Source of the DNA: Eledone cirrhosa
Taxonomy: Eukaryota
Direction of reading: 5' to 3'
DNA: 64,000 nt
Assembly (NCBI GenBank): GCA_964016885.1
Contig: OZ024750.1
Coordinates: 11,594,001-11,658,000, forward strand
The notes under the pieces are model-generated. The model was not told the DNA's origin and searched no databases. It saw nothing but the letters and a program-made list of their open reading frames with translations. Below are positions 40,176 to 52,297 of this stretch, piece by piece (the stretch's first letter is position 1; each line of letters starts with the position of its first letter). Both the position numbers and the translations under genes were made by a program.

Positions 40176-41182
40176 ACTTAAAACAAGTTTATCATACACA
40201 AAATGCCAGCATCAACAGTATTCTTAGAGATGGTGATGAGAATGGACCTGTCATCTTTCTCTAAAAAATTATTTTCCATTTCCACCACTGCCTGTCTCCT
40301 CAATCTTTCTATTTCATCTTTAATTTCTTATTCTTTCTTCTGGTGAAGGATTAGTGTCTGAAACATTGACTCTTTTCCAACTATATCAAGAGTAAAAGTA
40401 GTAATATATTTCAGCATTGTACTGTGGCGTTGGCTTTGTTATTTCTATTTGGATTTTGCAACTCCTACATTTATTCATTTGTGTATGTATATATATATAT
40501 ATATATATATAAATCAAGGTGGATTCAATTACAAAATGGTTAGACCATTATTCAACAGAGTACTCGATACTTGGGTTAGTAGAGAATGGTTATATTATAA
40601 AGAGTCAAGACCCGATGGCTGAGCTTTTGCCGTTTTAACAGCTAGTATATATTCATACAGACCCAGTGGTCTTATGAGGTTTAACAGGATTAACTGTAAA
40701 GTAAAGACATATATTTTAGAGTTAGTGCATCTGCCCAAAAGACATTTTCCAGTTATCCCACAACAAGTAGAGATACAGTTTTCATTTGAACCAATCCCAA
40801 TAAAAATTATCATCTTTGAACAGTCCGATCCATCAACATTCTCCTGTAAATAACAACTAAATTCATTTAATCTAGAAAGATCTAACTTCTACTTTATAAT
40901 AGGTACCTACTTACAAATGAGATACCTACTTTAAACTGATATCAAGGGGTGTCATTTGACAAGTAGCAAATAACAAATTCACTAACGATTATTGAATGAG
41001 TTTTGGCAAGGTTGTTCTGTATGCTGGAAATAGCAGCCAAATGTTTTTTTTTTTAGTCATAAAATCACAGCCTATCATTTTTATGACTGAAATGCTATTG
41101 TTGGTGTTAAGTCTGTTCATTCTGGGCTAAACAACAACAACAACACTATATCTCTTTCTAATTATGCGCAAACACATACACA

Positions 41183-41680
41183 CAGGGTGGATGTGACTCC
41201 TATATCAACTGTAGCAGTAGAGATAGGGTGGATGTGACTCCTATATCAACTGTAGCAGTAGAGATAGGGTGGATGTGACTCCTATATCAACTGTAGCAGT
41301 AGAGATAGGGTGAATGTGATCCCTTATCAACTGTAGCAGTAGAGATAGGGTGGATGTGACTCCTATATCAACTGTAGCAGTAGAGATAGGGTGGATGTGA
41401 CTCCTATATCAACTGTAGCAGTAGAGATAGGGTGGATGTGACTCCTATATCAACTGTAGCAGTAGAGATAGGGTGGATGTGACTCCTATATCAACTGTAG
41501 CAGTAGAGATAGGGTGAATGTGATCCCTTATCAATTGTAGCAGTAGAGATAGGGTGGATGTGACTCCTATATCAACTGTAGCAGTAGAGATAGGGTGGAT
41601 GTGACTCCTATATCAACTGTAGCAGTAGAGATAGGGTGAATGTGATCCCTTATCAATTGTAGCAGTAAGGATAGGTTGGA
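41183..41680. repeat. 41-bp minisatellite, ~12 units
   Basis: Unit tagggtggatgtgactcctatatcaactgtagcagtagaga with an interspersed 40-bp variant. Confidence 0.9.
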
Positions 41681-42136
41681 TAAAGAAAATACGACAACAC
41701 CCAACTCTCTCAGCCAAAAGACTGACTCTGTTTTGCTTTTTTTGGCTCATTTCACAATAACACAGCTCTTTTATATCTAAAGCAGTTAAAATACTAAAAC
41801 AGAGGTTAGGTTAGGATAGTTTGGTAGATAACATAATAAAACAGATGCAAATTGTTTGCCAATATATTTCATTCTAGAACTATATCTATATGGTAAAATA
41901 CAGACATAAAAGGGTTATACACACACACACATGCATCAGAAAAGAATCAGAATTCTGGCGGCTGAGCTCCGGCCGTTTCGACAGCTAGATCCGATCTAGC
42001 TGTTGAAACGGCCAGAGCTCGGCCATCGGGGTCCTGACTCTTTTCCTATTACCCACTCTACTACCCTAAGTATTGAGTACTTTGATGCATTATGGTCCAC
42101 CTGGTTTCTTACCACATTTTCTTTGTTTATATATAT

Positions 42137-42477
42137 GGAGGCACATGGCTTAGTGGTTAGAGAATTGGCCTTGCAATCGACAGGTTGTGAGTTCAATTCT
42201 CAGACCGGGTGATGTGTTGTTTCCTTGAGCAAGACACTTTATTTCACATTGCTCCAGTTTACTCAGCTGTAGAAATGAGATGATAGGGACTGGGGTCCCT
42301 ATCATTCCACTGTAAAGTGGTCGTGGAGGTGCCATGGCAAAAAAAAGCACCCAGCACTCACTGTAAATGAAGTTGGTGTTAGGAAGGGCATCCAGCTGTA
42401 GAAATCAAGCCAGAATCAGTTCCCGTCCCACCCTTGCAAGCAGGGAAAAAGCGGACGTAAAATGAAATGATGATGAT
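42137..42477 (+). mobile_element. SINE family B
   Basis: Near-identical to 5197-5530. Confidence 0.85.
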
Positions 42478-42562
42478 ATATATAGGAAAAGAGTCAGGAC
42501 CCCGACAGCTGAGCTCCAGCTGTTTCAACAGCTAGTTCGGATCTAGCTATTATCCATATATA

Positions 42563-42908
42563 TCATCATCATCATCATTTTACGTCCGCCTTTTCCATGC
42601 TTGCAAGGGTGGGACGGGAACTGATTCTGGCTTGATTCCTAACACCAACCTCATTTACAGTGAGTGCTGGGTGCTTTTTTCCGTGGCGCCTACATGTCCA
42701 CTTTACTGTGTGGGCTGGGTGCTTTTTTGCCATGGCACCTCCACGACCACTTTGCAGTGGAATGATAGGGACCCCAGCTGAGTAAACTGGAGCAATGTGA
42801 AATAAAGTGTCTTGCTCAAAGACACAACACATCACCCGGTCTGAGAACTGAACTCACAACCTTTCGATTGCAAGGCCAATGCTCTAACCACTAAGCCATA
42901 TGCCTCCA
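42563..42908 (-). mobile_element. SINE family B, inverted copy with internal indels
   Basis: Reverse complement of 42137-42477 with an extra internal ~45-bp unit. Confidence 0.85.
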
Positions 42909-43315
42909 TCTATACATATAATTAATGGTTTAGCAAAACGGGGAGAAAGGGTAGTTGCTATGCTGTTTTTCCCTGATACCAAGACTGGAGAAAGGAAATT
43001 ATCCTCAAACTAAAGATCTGCCCCAAATGCAACAAAGTAGACTCTGGTATAAACACTCCATTACCAAATACTGTCATTAAATTGACCAACAATCAAGTCT
43101 GCAACCCAAAAATGTTTGATAAAAAATAACAACACTGTATTACCATTGTTTTTTTAAATTTTAATAGTACACAAAAAATCTTTAGAATAAAACAAAGAAA
43201 AATAATTCTCTTTCAAAACAGCATTACATATAGCATTCATTATTAACATCCTGTACCACATGAAACAACATTAGCAAGACGTTTTTAAAAAGTATAAAAC
43301 CGCTATAACTACATA

Positions 43316-43920
43316 ATAATGATAATAATAATTAAATTGTGTACAGTGCTCAGGTGCACTACAACTCATCAAAGGTGCATGTATAGTACATAGAATAATA
43401 TACAAATGTCAGGGAAGTGAATAGTGTATGAGTCATGATATACATTTGTGCGTGTATATGGAGGGGGGATGTTAGGTGTAGTCTTGACGAAGCTTGGAGG
43501 TTTTAAAGGATGCAGTGTATCGACAGCTAATAACTGATGCAGGTAGTTTGTTCCATGGACGTTTTAAAAGATGCAGTGTCTCAACAGCTAACAACTGATG
43601 CAAGTAGTTTGTTCCATGCTTCAGCAACTCTGATCATGAAAAAATGTTTCCGAAAGTCATGGGAGCTGTGCTGTTTTCTGACTTTGTTGGCATGCCCATG
43701 TGTGTTAGATACATGGAAGTCAAAAAGGTGCTCAGGGTTGTTGTTGGCAAGATGGTTAATAATTTTGTGGGTGTTTACCAAGTTAGTTGCCAGACGTCAG
43801 AGATTCAATGTATCCGTGCCCAGGGAAGCAAGGCGTTCAGAGTATGGTAGATGCCTGATGGAGAGTATTCGCTTGGTTGCACGTCTCTGAACAGTTTCCA
43901 GGCAGTCAATGTTCTGAATC
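43316..43920 (-). mobile_element. CR1-clade LINE 3' fragment with internal ~60-bp duplication
   Basis: Same family as 19794-20237 but extends further 5' (LETVQRRATKRILSIRHLPYSERL). Confidence 0.8.
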
Positions 43921-44809
43921 ATTACTCAAAATACTACAAGAAAAATTTGAATCGTTACTCTAATACTACAAATTTTCATAGCAATTTTCTGCCACTATAA
44001 ACATTTGAATTAACAAACCTGTTTTGTTTATTTTTTTGTTGTTTATGTTATTGTTCTTTTTAGATGTTTCCTGCTAAATCATTACAGGATGTTAAGAATT
44101 AACTGATAACCTCAAAAAGTCAATGAAGGCTAGTTTATATTGAATCTGTATAAGGGCAATTTGGTTCAACTTTTGATCAGCTGGAGACTTTAAGTTAAAA
44201 TAAACCCCAACAAAATAAATTCAAAAATGTGATTCTTATCTGCAGAAGGAAATCTTTCTTGATCACATACACACACATACACAATCATTTGTCTGTTTTC
44301 TTCCAGTAAAACAAGGGACTATTCTTAACTCTCCTACAATAAGCAGGCAACATAGTTTAACATTTCTTGGTGTTGTTTTTCTTTCAGATAGTTTGTGAGT
44401 TAGTATTAGTTGTGTGCATATATGTGCGTGTATGTGTGTGCATAAGATAGTATTAGTTGTGTATATCTAAGTGTGTGTCTCTCTCTCTATCTCTCTCTCT
44501 CCTGCCTTCTTAACAAACACTTACCAGAATATTCAGTTCAGATATACAGTGATACCAAAGACATAGATCTGTTGCGTGTTTGTTTAAGCTCTATCACAGT
44601 CAATCAACAATGGTATTAATAATAATAATAACAATAATAATAATGACAACTTCACCATCTACAACAACAACAACAGCAACACCCTGTAAGAGTTAATGGA
44701 TAAGAAAGGAAGAATTGTGATGTTGAGACAATATGTGTAAATATTCTAAAAAGGAATCAAAATTGGATAAAAAGTTACATTTATCTTTGTATAAGTGTCT
44801 ATACTAATA

Positions 44810-45235
44810 ACTATTTCTACTTTTGGCACAAGGCCAGCAATTACCCCAGTGCATTGCTGGTACTTTATTTTGTCGACGCCCCCCCCCCCCTCGTACGTAT
44901 GGATGAAAGGCAAAGTTAACCTCGGCAGGATTTGAACTCAGAACGTAAAGGGCCATAACTCCATGCTGCAAAGCATGGCATCTGATGTTTTACCGATACT
45001 GCCAATCCAATAATAAGGATAGTGGTTTCTGATTGAGGCACAAGGCCAACCATTTTTTTAGGGGGGGGGGGTGATTAAATCAACCCCAGTGTGTTACTGG
45101 TACTTTATTTTATCGACCCCATAAAAATGAAAGCCAAAGCTAACCTAGGCGGGATTTGAACTCAGAACGTAAAGAAACATAACTATACACTGCAAAGCAT
45201 GGTGTCTGATGTTCTACCGATACTGCCAAACCACC
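44810..45235 (-). mobile_element. Two tandem SINE family A copies
   Basis: Reverse-complement family A sequence. Another minus copy at ~55790-55968. Confidence 0.85.
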
Positions 45236-45845
45236 ACCCTTGTTCATAATAATTATAATGGTTATTACTAGTAGTAGTAGTAGCAGTAGTAGTATCAGCA
45301 GCAGCAGCGGTAATATAAGGATAGTGATGATGATAAATGACAGTGAACATTTGACAATCTGTTATAGCAATGAAAGAAAACAAACACCAAAAAAACCTTC
45401 TCCTATTCATTGTAGAAAGTTTACAAGGTTTCTGTTGTTGCAATTATCATTGTCCTTTCTTTCTATTCAAGATTTGAGAGTCAAGATTCACCAACCAGCA
45501 ACAAGACTCCAGTAATATACACTAAGAAGTGTATTTAGAAAAGAACAAAGAAAGAATTCTGTAAGTTTTCAATATCATGGTTCTCTCTCTTATACAAATC
45601 TTGTAGTCACACTTGTAAGCAGAATTTACAAACAACTTTGTCGATAACAAAGAATGTCTTGTTTATTGAGTACAAGACACTTATTTTTTTAATTATATGT
45701 GGGTCATATGGGTGGATAGTAAATTTAATTAAATATATTACAATATTTCACTTCTCATTTTAATAAAAAGAAATGTACTTTCTTCCACTCTTGTTAGATA
45801 AAATATAAAGTTGTCATAGTAGAATTTGAACTTAGAAAAATTTGG

Positions 45846-46915
45846 CACTGTAAAGTGATAGTGTAGGTGTCATGACAGAATGTGCCCAGTCCACACTGTA
45901 AAGTGATAGTGTTGGTGTCACAATAAAATGTGCCTAGTCCACACTGTAAAGTGATAGTGTAGGTGTCATGACAGAATGTGCCCAGTCCACACTGTAAAGT
46001 GATAGTGTTGGTGTCACAATAAAATGTGCCTAGTCCACACTGTAAAGTGATAGTGTAGGTGTCATGACAGAATGTGCCCAGTCCACACTGTAAAGTGATA
46101 GTGTTGGTGTCACAATAAAATGTGCCTAGTCCACACTGTAAAGTGATAGTGTAGGTGTCATGACAGAATGTGCCCAGTCCACACTGTAAAGTGATAGTGT
46201 TAGTGTCACAATAAAATGTGCCTAGTCCACACTGTAAAGTGGTTGTGTAGGTGTCATGACAGAATGTGCCCAGTCCACACTGTAAAGTGATAGTGTTAGT
46301 GTCACAATAAAATGTGCCCAGTCCACACTGTAAAGTGGTCATGTAGGTGTCATGACAAAATGTGCCCAGTCCACACTGTAAAGTTGTCGTGTAGGTGTCA
46401 TGACAAAATGTGCCCAGTCCGCAATGTAAAGTGGTCGTGTAGGTGTCATGACAAAATGTGCCCAGTCCACACTGTAAAGTGGTCGTGTAGGTATCATGAC
46501 AGAATGTGCCCAGTCCACACTGTAAAGTGGTCATGTAGGTGTCATGACAAAATGTGCCCAGTCCACACTGTAAAGTGGTCATGTAGGTGTCATGACAAAA
46601 TGTGCCCAGTCCACACTGTAAAGTTGTCGTGTAGGTGTCATGACAAAATGTGCCCAGTCCACACTGTAAAGTTGTCGTGTAGGTGTCATGACAAAATGTG
46701 CCCAGTCCACACTGTAAAGTTGTCGTGTAGGTGTCATGACAAAATGTGTCCAGTCCACACTGTAAAGTTGTCGTGTAGGTGTCATGACAAAATGTGCCCA
46801 GTCCACAATGTAAAGTGGTCATGTAGGTGTCATGACAAAATGTGCCCAGTCCACACTGTAAAGTGGTCATGTAGGTGTCATGACAAAATGTGCCCAGTCC
46901 ACACTGACAAGTGAT
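45846..46915. repeat. 45-bp minisatellite (~24 units) derived from a SINE internal unit
   Basis: Unit cccagtccacactgtaaagtggtcgtgtaggtgtcatgacaaaatgtg runs directly into a SINE tail at ~46915-47130. Confidence 0.9.
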
Positions 46916-47469
46916 AGTATTGGTGTCACGTCAAAAAGCATCCTGTTCACACTGTGAAGTAGTTGGCATTAGGAAAGGTATCCAGCCATAGAAACTAAGC
47001 CAAAATCAGTTTTATGTGAGAGAAACACGGTCCTCCGAGTTGATCTCTCACAAAGGGATAACCCATCCTACCCATGCTATCATGGAAAATGGACGTTAAA
47101 CGATGACGATGATGACGACGATGATGATGATATATATATATATAAATAAATAAAAGTCTGTCATAATAAATTCTGAGTTTCTATTCTGATGACATTTTCA
47201 GCTTCTAAATTATTCTTCCTGTTTCTTGATTTTCTGACAGATCCGTATTTAATTTAGGTTAAATATTTATTATCTCCCTTGATTGTTTCCTCACTTAGCC
47301 ACTTGCAACCAGCTATTGTTGTTGTTATTGTTGTTGTTAGTTATTTTATTACACTTTCCCTCTATTTTGTATTTTGTATTTTCTAAAATAAACTCCCAAT
47401 GGTTTGCTTTGATGCTCTTTCCCTTTCTCTTTCTCATTCTTTTATTTTCTTTGTTCTTTGTGTTAGGAT

Positions 47470-47601
47470 TATATATATATATATATGTGTGTGTTTGTTT
47501 GCGAGTATATGTGTGCGCGTGTGTGTGTGTGTGTGTCTGCAAGTATATATATGTGTGTGTGTGTGTCTGCAAGTATATATGTGTGTGTGCGTGTCTGCAA
47601 G

Positions 47602-47632
<31 letters not shown>

Positions 47633-47713
47633 CTGACTGCAAGTATATATTTATATATATATATATGTGTGTCTGCGAGTATATATATATATATGTGTGT
47701 GTGTGTCTGTGAG

Positions 47714-47748
<35 letters not shown>

Positions 47749-47755
47749 CTGCAAG

Positions 47756-47790
<35 letters not shown>

Positions 47791-47846
47791 CTGCGAGTAT
47801 TTATATATATGTGTCTGTCTGCAAGTATATATATATGTGTCTGCAA

Positions 47847-47885
<39 letters not shown>

Positions 47886-48067
47886 CCTGTATATATATAT
47901 GTGTGTCTGTATATATGTGTGCCTGTATATATATATGTGTGTGCCTGTGTATATATATGTGTGCATGTATATATGTATGCCTGTATATATATATATATAT
48001 GTGTGTGCCTGTATATATATATGTGTGTGCCTGTGTATATATATGTGTGCATGTATATATGTATGCC

Positions 48068-48100
<33 letters not shown>

Positions 48101-48187
48101 CTGTGTATATATATATATATATATGTGTGTGTGCATGTATATATGTGTGCCTGTATATATATATATGTGTGTGTGCATCTATACACA

Positions 48188-48232
<45 letters not shown>

Positions 48233-49227
48233 ATATATATATATAACTTTTCTTTTGTTTTAGTTTAATCTCAACAGGATTTGTTGAGTATGCTGTTGGT
48301 GGGTGTAAGAACTATTAATATTATAGTTTGAAGAAAGTATGTTATGTTAAAGTTTGTCTGTAAAAGGCGTAGGTAAGAGTGACAGGAGAATGTGAACGAG
48401 ATAGATTTCCAGGGGGAGACAGTTTGGGGAATAAAGATTTCCGTAATGTATTTATGTGTGTATTTATATATATTTTGACATGAAGAAACTCACAACACTG
48501 CAACAAGTACTTAAGAATTAAACAAAACAAAAAAATGTCTCTGTTCACACATACTTACATACTAGGAAGGGCATCCAGCTGTAGAAAACCTGCCAGACAG
48601 TCCACGCTGTAATGTGGCCGTGTAGGCAACACGGTAAAAACCTCCCAGCCCCACACTGTAAATGTGGTTGGTGTTAGGAAGGGCATCCAACTGTAGAAAA
48701 CCCGCCAGACAGTCCTATGCGAGCAAGACAACCACTCTTGCCTCAAGTGGGAAAACCCCCGTCCAAACCCATGCAAGCGTGGAACACGGACGCTAAACCT
48801 GATGATATTTATGTATTTAGCATTAGCAATCATTTTATTTCCCACTCTACTACCCTAAGTATTGAGTACTCTGGTGCGTTATGGTCCATCTGGTTCCTTA
48901 CCACAATTCCTTTGTTATATATATATATATATATGTGTGTGTGTGAGCATGTATATGTGTGTGTGTATGTGTGTATGTATGTGTGTGTGCATGTGTATGT
49001 GTGTGTGTGTGCATGTATATGTGTGTGTGTGCATGTATATGTGTGTGTGTGTGTGTGTGTGCATGTATATGTGTGTGTGTGCGCATGTATATGTATGTGT
49101 GTGTGTAAGTATGTGTGTGTGTGTAAGTATATGTATACTTGTATTCATGTGCATGTATATATATATATATGTATGTATATGTCTACTTGTATATATGTCT
49201 CTGTGTGTGTATGTGTAAATGTGTATA

Positions 49228-49263
<36 letters not shown>

Positions 49264-49322
49264 GTATGTATATGTCTACTTGTATATATGTCTGTATGTG
49301 TGTAAATGTGTATATATGTGTG

Positions 49323-49353
<31 letters not shown>

Positions 49354-49491
49354 ATGTCTACTTGTATATATGTCTCTATGTGTGTATGTGTAAATGTGTA
49401 TATATATGTGTGTGTGTATATATATATATATATAATGTATGTATATGTCTACTTGTATATATGTCTGTGTGTATGTGTAAATGTGTATATA

Positions 49492-49532
<41 letters not shown>

Positions 49533-49579
49533 CTACTTGTATATATGTCTGTATGTGTGTATGTGTAAATGTGTATATA

Positions 49580-49610
<31 letters not shown>

Positions 49611-49663
49611 GTATAGGTCTACTTGTATATATGTCTCTATGTGTGTATGTGTAAATGTGTATA

Positions 49664-49699
<36 letters not shown>

Positions 49700-49741
49700 A
49701 TGTATGTATATGTCTACTTGTATATATGTCTGTATGTGTAA

Positions 49742-49785
<44 letters not shown>

Positions 49786-49840
49786 ATATATGTATGTATA
49801 TGTCTACTTGTATATATGTCCGTATGTGTGTATGTGTAAA

Positions 49841-49871
<31 letters not shown>

Positions 49872-49937
49872 GTATGTATATGAAATGATGATATGTATGT
49901 CTGTATATATGTCTGTATGTGTAAATGTGTATATATG

Positions 49938-49972
<35 letters not shown>

Positions 49973-50077
49973 ATGTCTACTTGTATATATGTCTGTATGT
50001 GCATGTGTAAATGTGTATATATGTGTGTATATATGTATATGTCTACTTGTATATATGTCTGTATGTGTAAATGCGTA

Positions 50078-50144
<67 letters not shown>

Positions 50145-50250
50145 ATGTCTACTTGTATATATGTCCGTATGTGTGTATGTGTAAATGTGTATATGTGTGT
50201 GTATATATATATATATGTATGTATATGAAATGATGATATGTATGTCTGTG
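47470..50250. repeat. Compound (TA)/(TG) microsatellite-minisatellite region
   Basis: Recurring anchors gtctgcaagta, gtgcctgta and atgtctacttgtatatatgtc...gtaaatgtgta between variable dinucleotide runs. Interrupted at ~48250-48915. Confidence 0.85.
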
Positions 50251-50791
50251 TGTACTTGTATCTTAGCCAGAGGTATGAACCTCATCTAACGTAACCTCAA
50301 CTATTTGCACTGTACAACACTGAATGTTAGAAAAGATATCAAACTATTTAAAAGCCATGTTAAAGATGCCAATGTCTTGGTGAATATTTACTTAAAGAAC
50401 CAACCAACCAACCCATTATTCACACCAAACTAGGGACAAGTGGCACTGGTTCTGTAGCATAAGTTACAAGATGTATAAGGGTGTATATTGGTATATATAT
50501 ATATATATATATATATTGGTGTATCGAGGACATTAAGTCCAGGAAAACATGAATTGTAGTGTTGGTGGAGCTACAATAAATACACCTGCTTCTACTTGAC
50601 TGGTTCAATGGTTTACAGATATACAAGTTAACGAGTAAAACACCTGATTTATTCAAGTGAACCACTATTTTATATCATAAGAGACATTTAACACTCACAT
50701 AAGAAACATATGAACATGTGGAGGGTAGGGTTAACGTGGCATGTCTGTGTGTGTGTTTGTGTGTCTGTATATATGTGTGTGTGTATTTGTT

Positions 50792-50875
<84 letters not shown>

Positions 50876-50891
50876 TATATATATATATATA

Positions 50892-50924
<33 letters not shown>

Positions 50925-50939
50925 GCGTGTCTGTGTGTA

Positions 50940-51160
50940 TAATAATAATAATAATAATGAAATTATTGTGTAAAGTGCTCAGGTGCACTACAACTCGTCA
51001 ATATAGTACATAGAATAATACACAAATGTCAGGGAAGTACATGTTTGTATGTGTTAGCTGTAGTGTTGGCGGATCTCGGGAAGCATGGAGGCCTTAAAGG
51101 ATGCAGTGTCTCGACAGCTAACAACTGATGCAGGTAGTTTGTTCCATGCTTCAGCAACTC
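50940..51160 (-). mobile_element. CR1-clade LINE short 3' fragment
   Basis: Same tail (gtgctcaggtgcactacaactc) and WNKLPASVV-coding segment. Confidence 0.7.
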
Positions 51161-51344
51161 TATTTGTGTGTGTGTGTATTTGTGTGTGTTGGATCTGAAT
51201 AATTAGAGTTCACTTCAAAGGTGGTTTGTCAGTGTGTGTGTGTCTGTCTGTTTATGTCTGTTTGTGTGTGTGTGTGTGTCTGTCTGTCTATTTGTGTGTG
51301 TGTATGTGTGTGTCTGTCTCTATGTGTGTCTGTGTTTGTGTGTG

Positions 51345-51606
51345 TAATCAAAATAAAACCTACATCCCACCACCAGTTAACCACACTGTCCCATGTGGTC
51401 AAATTAAAACATACATCCCACCACTAGTCAACCACACTGTCCCATGTGGTCAATTTAAAACATACATCCCACCACCAGTCAACCACACTGTCCCATGTGG
51501 TCAAATTAAAACATACATCCTACCACCAGTTAACCACACTGTCCCATGTGGTCAAATTAAAACATACATCCCACCACCAGTCAACCACATTGTCCCATGT
51601 GGTCAA
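51345..51606. repeat. 54-bp minisatellite, ~5 units
   Basis: Unit aaaacatacatcccaccaccagtcaaccacactgtcccatgtggtcaaatt plus linker bases. Confidence 0.9.
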
Positions 51607-52297
51607 CACCTATATCCCAAACCAAACCAAGAAGCTTCAGGGGTGAATTCCAAGAGTCAACAAAATATTGATGTCTTCTTTCCACCATGCCAGTGCTGTA
51701 TCTAGAATTGTAAGCTTATGAAACAATTATAGAATGCTGTCTTCAGTTATAACATTTACCCCAATTAGATAAAAACATAATAAATTTGATGGCCACCTCC
51801 TCTGTATGTTATAACCACACCTACTATTATATCATTAATTACCAACCAATCACAGTATATTATTATCTCATTAAGCCAGCCAATCAGAACACAATAGCTA
51901 CTCGTTAAAATAATGTACTATATGTTTACACCCTTCTCAAGTTATTAGAGAACATTCAGACATTATGTGAAGACAAACTTACATATTTCACCCCATATCA
52001 GGGTTGTGATTAGTAACCCCTGAACTTGCCAGAAACTGACCCTTGGTTCAACTTTACTAAGCTGTTGTTTCTTTTTAAAGGGTTTATATTTAACTAAAAA
52101 CCTGTTATCGTAATTCTGTGTTAGAACCTTTAAGTTATGCTCCAAAAATCAGATAATCTTTATTACAGATAATTAATTAAAAATATCTCTAAATCTCTTC
52201 ACATAATTGATTATTTTCAAAATTATTTGAAAATTAGCTTGTTTTCATTAGAAATATTGTAATGAATGGGTTGACATCATTCTATAGCCTGTTTATG

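Noticed and set aside
40338-40372. ctggtga-agga..tct-gaaac hammerhead-like remnant
   Set aside because: The core is mutated (CUGGUGA) and there is no NUH or stem I, so it is too decayed to call.
45340-45410. Minus-strand signal-peptide-like MNRRRFFWCLFSFIAITDC
   Set aside because: No good splice donor, and it runs into simple repeats and a SINE. It could equally be a polypyrimidine tract.
45794-46914. 358-aa and 200-aa Cys/His-rich ORFs resembling metal-binding repeat proteins
   Set aside because: They are translations of a 45-bp SINE-derived minisatellite, open on both strands.
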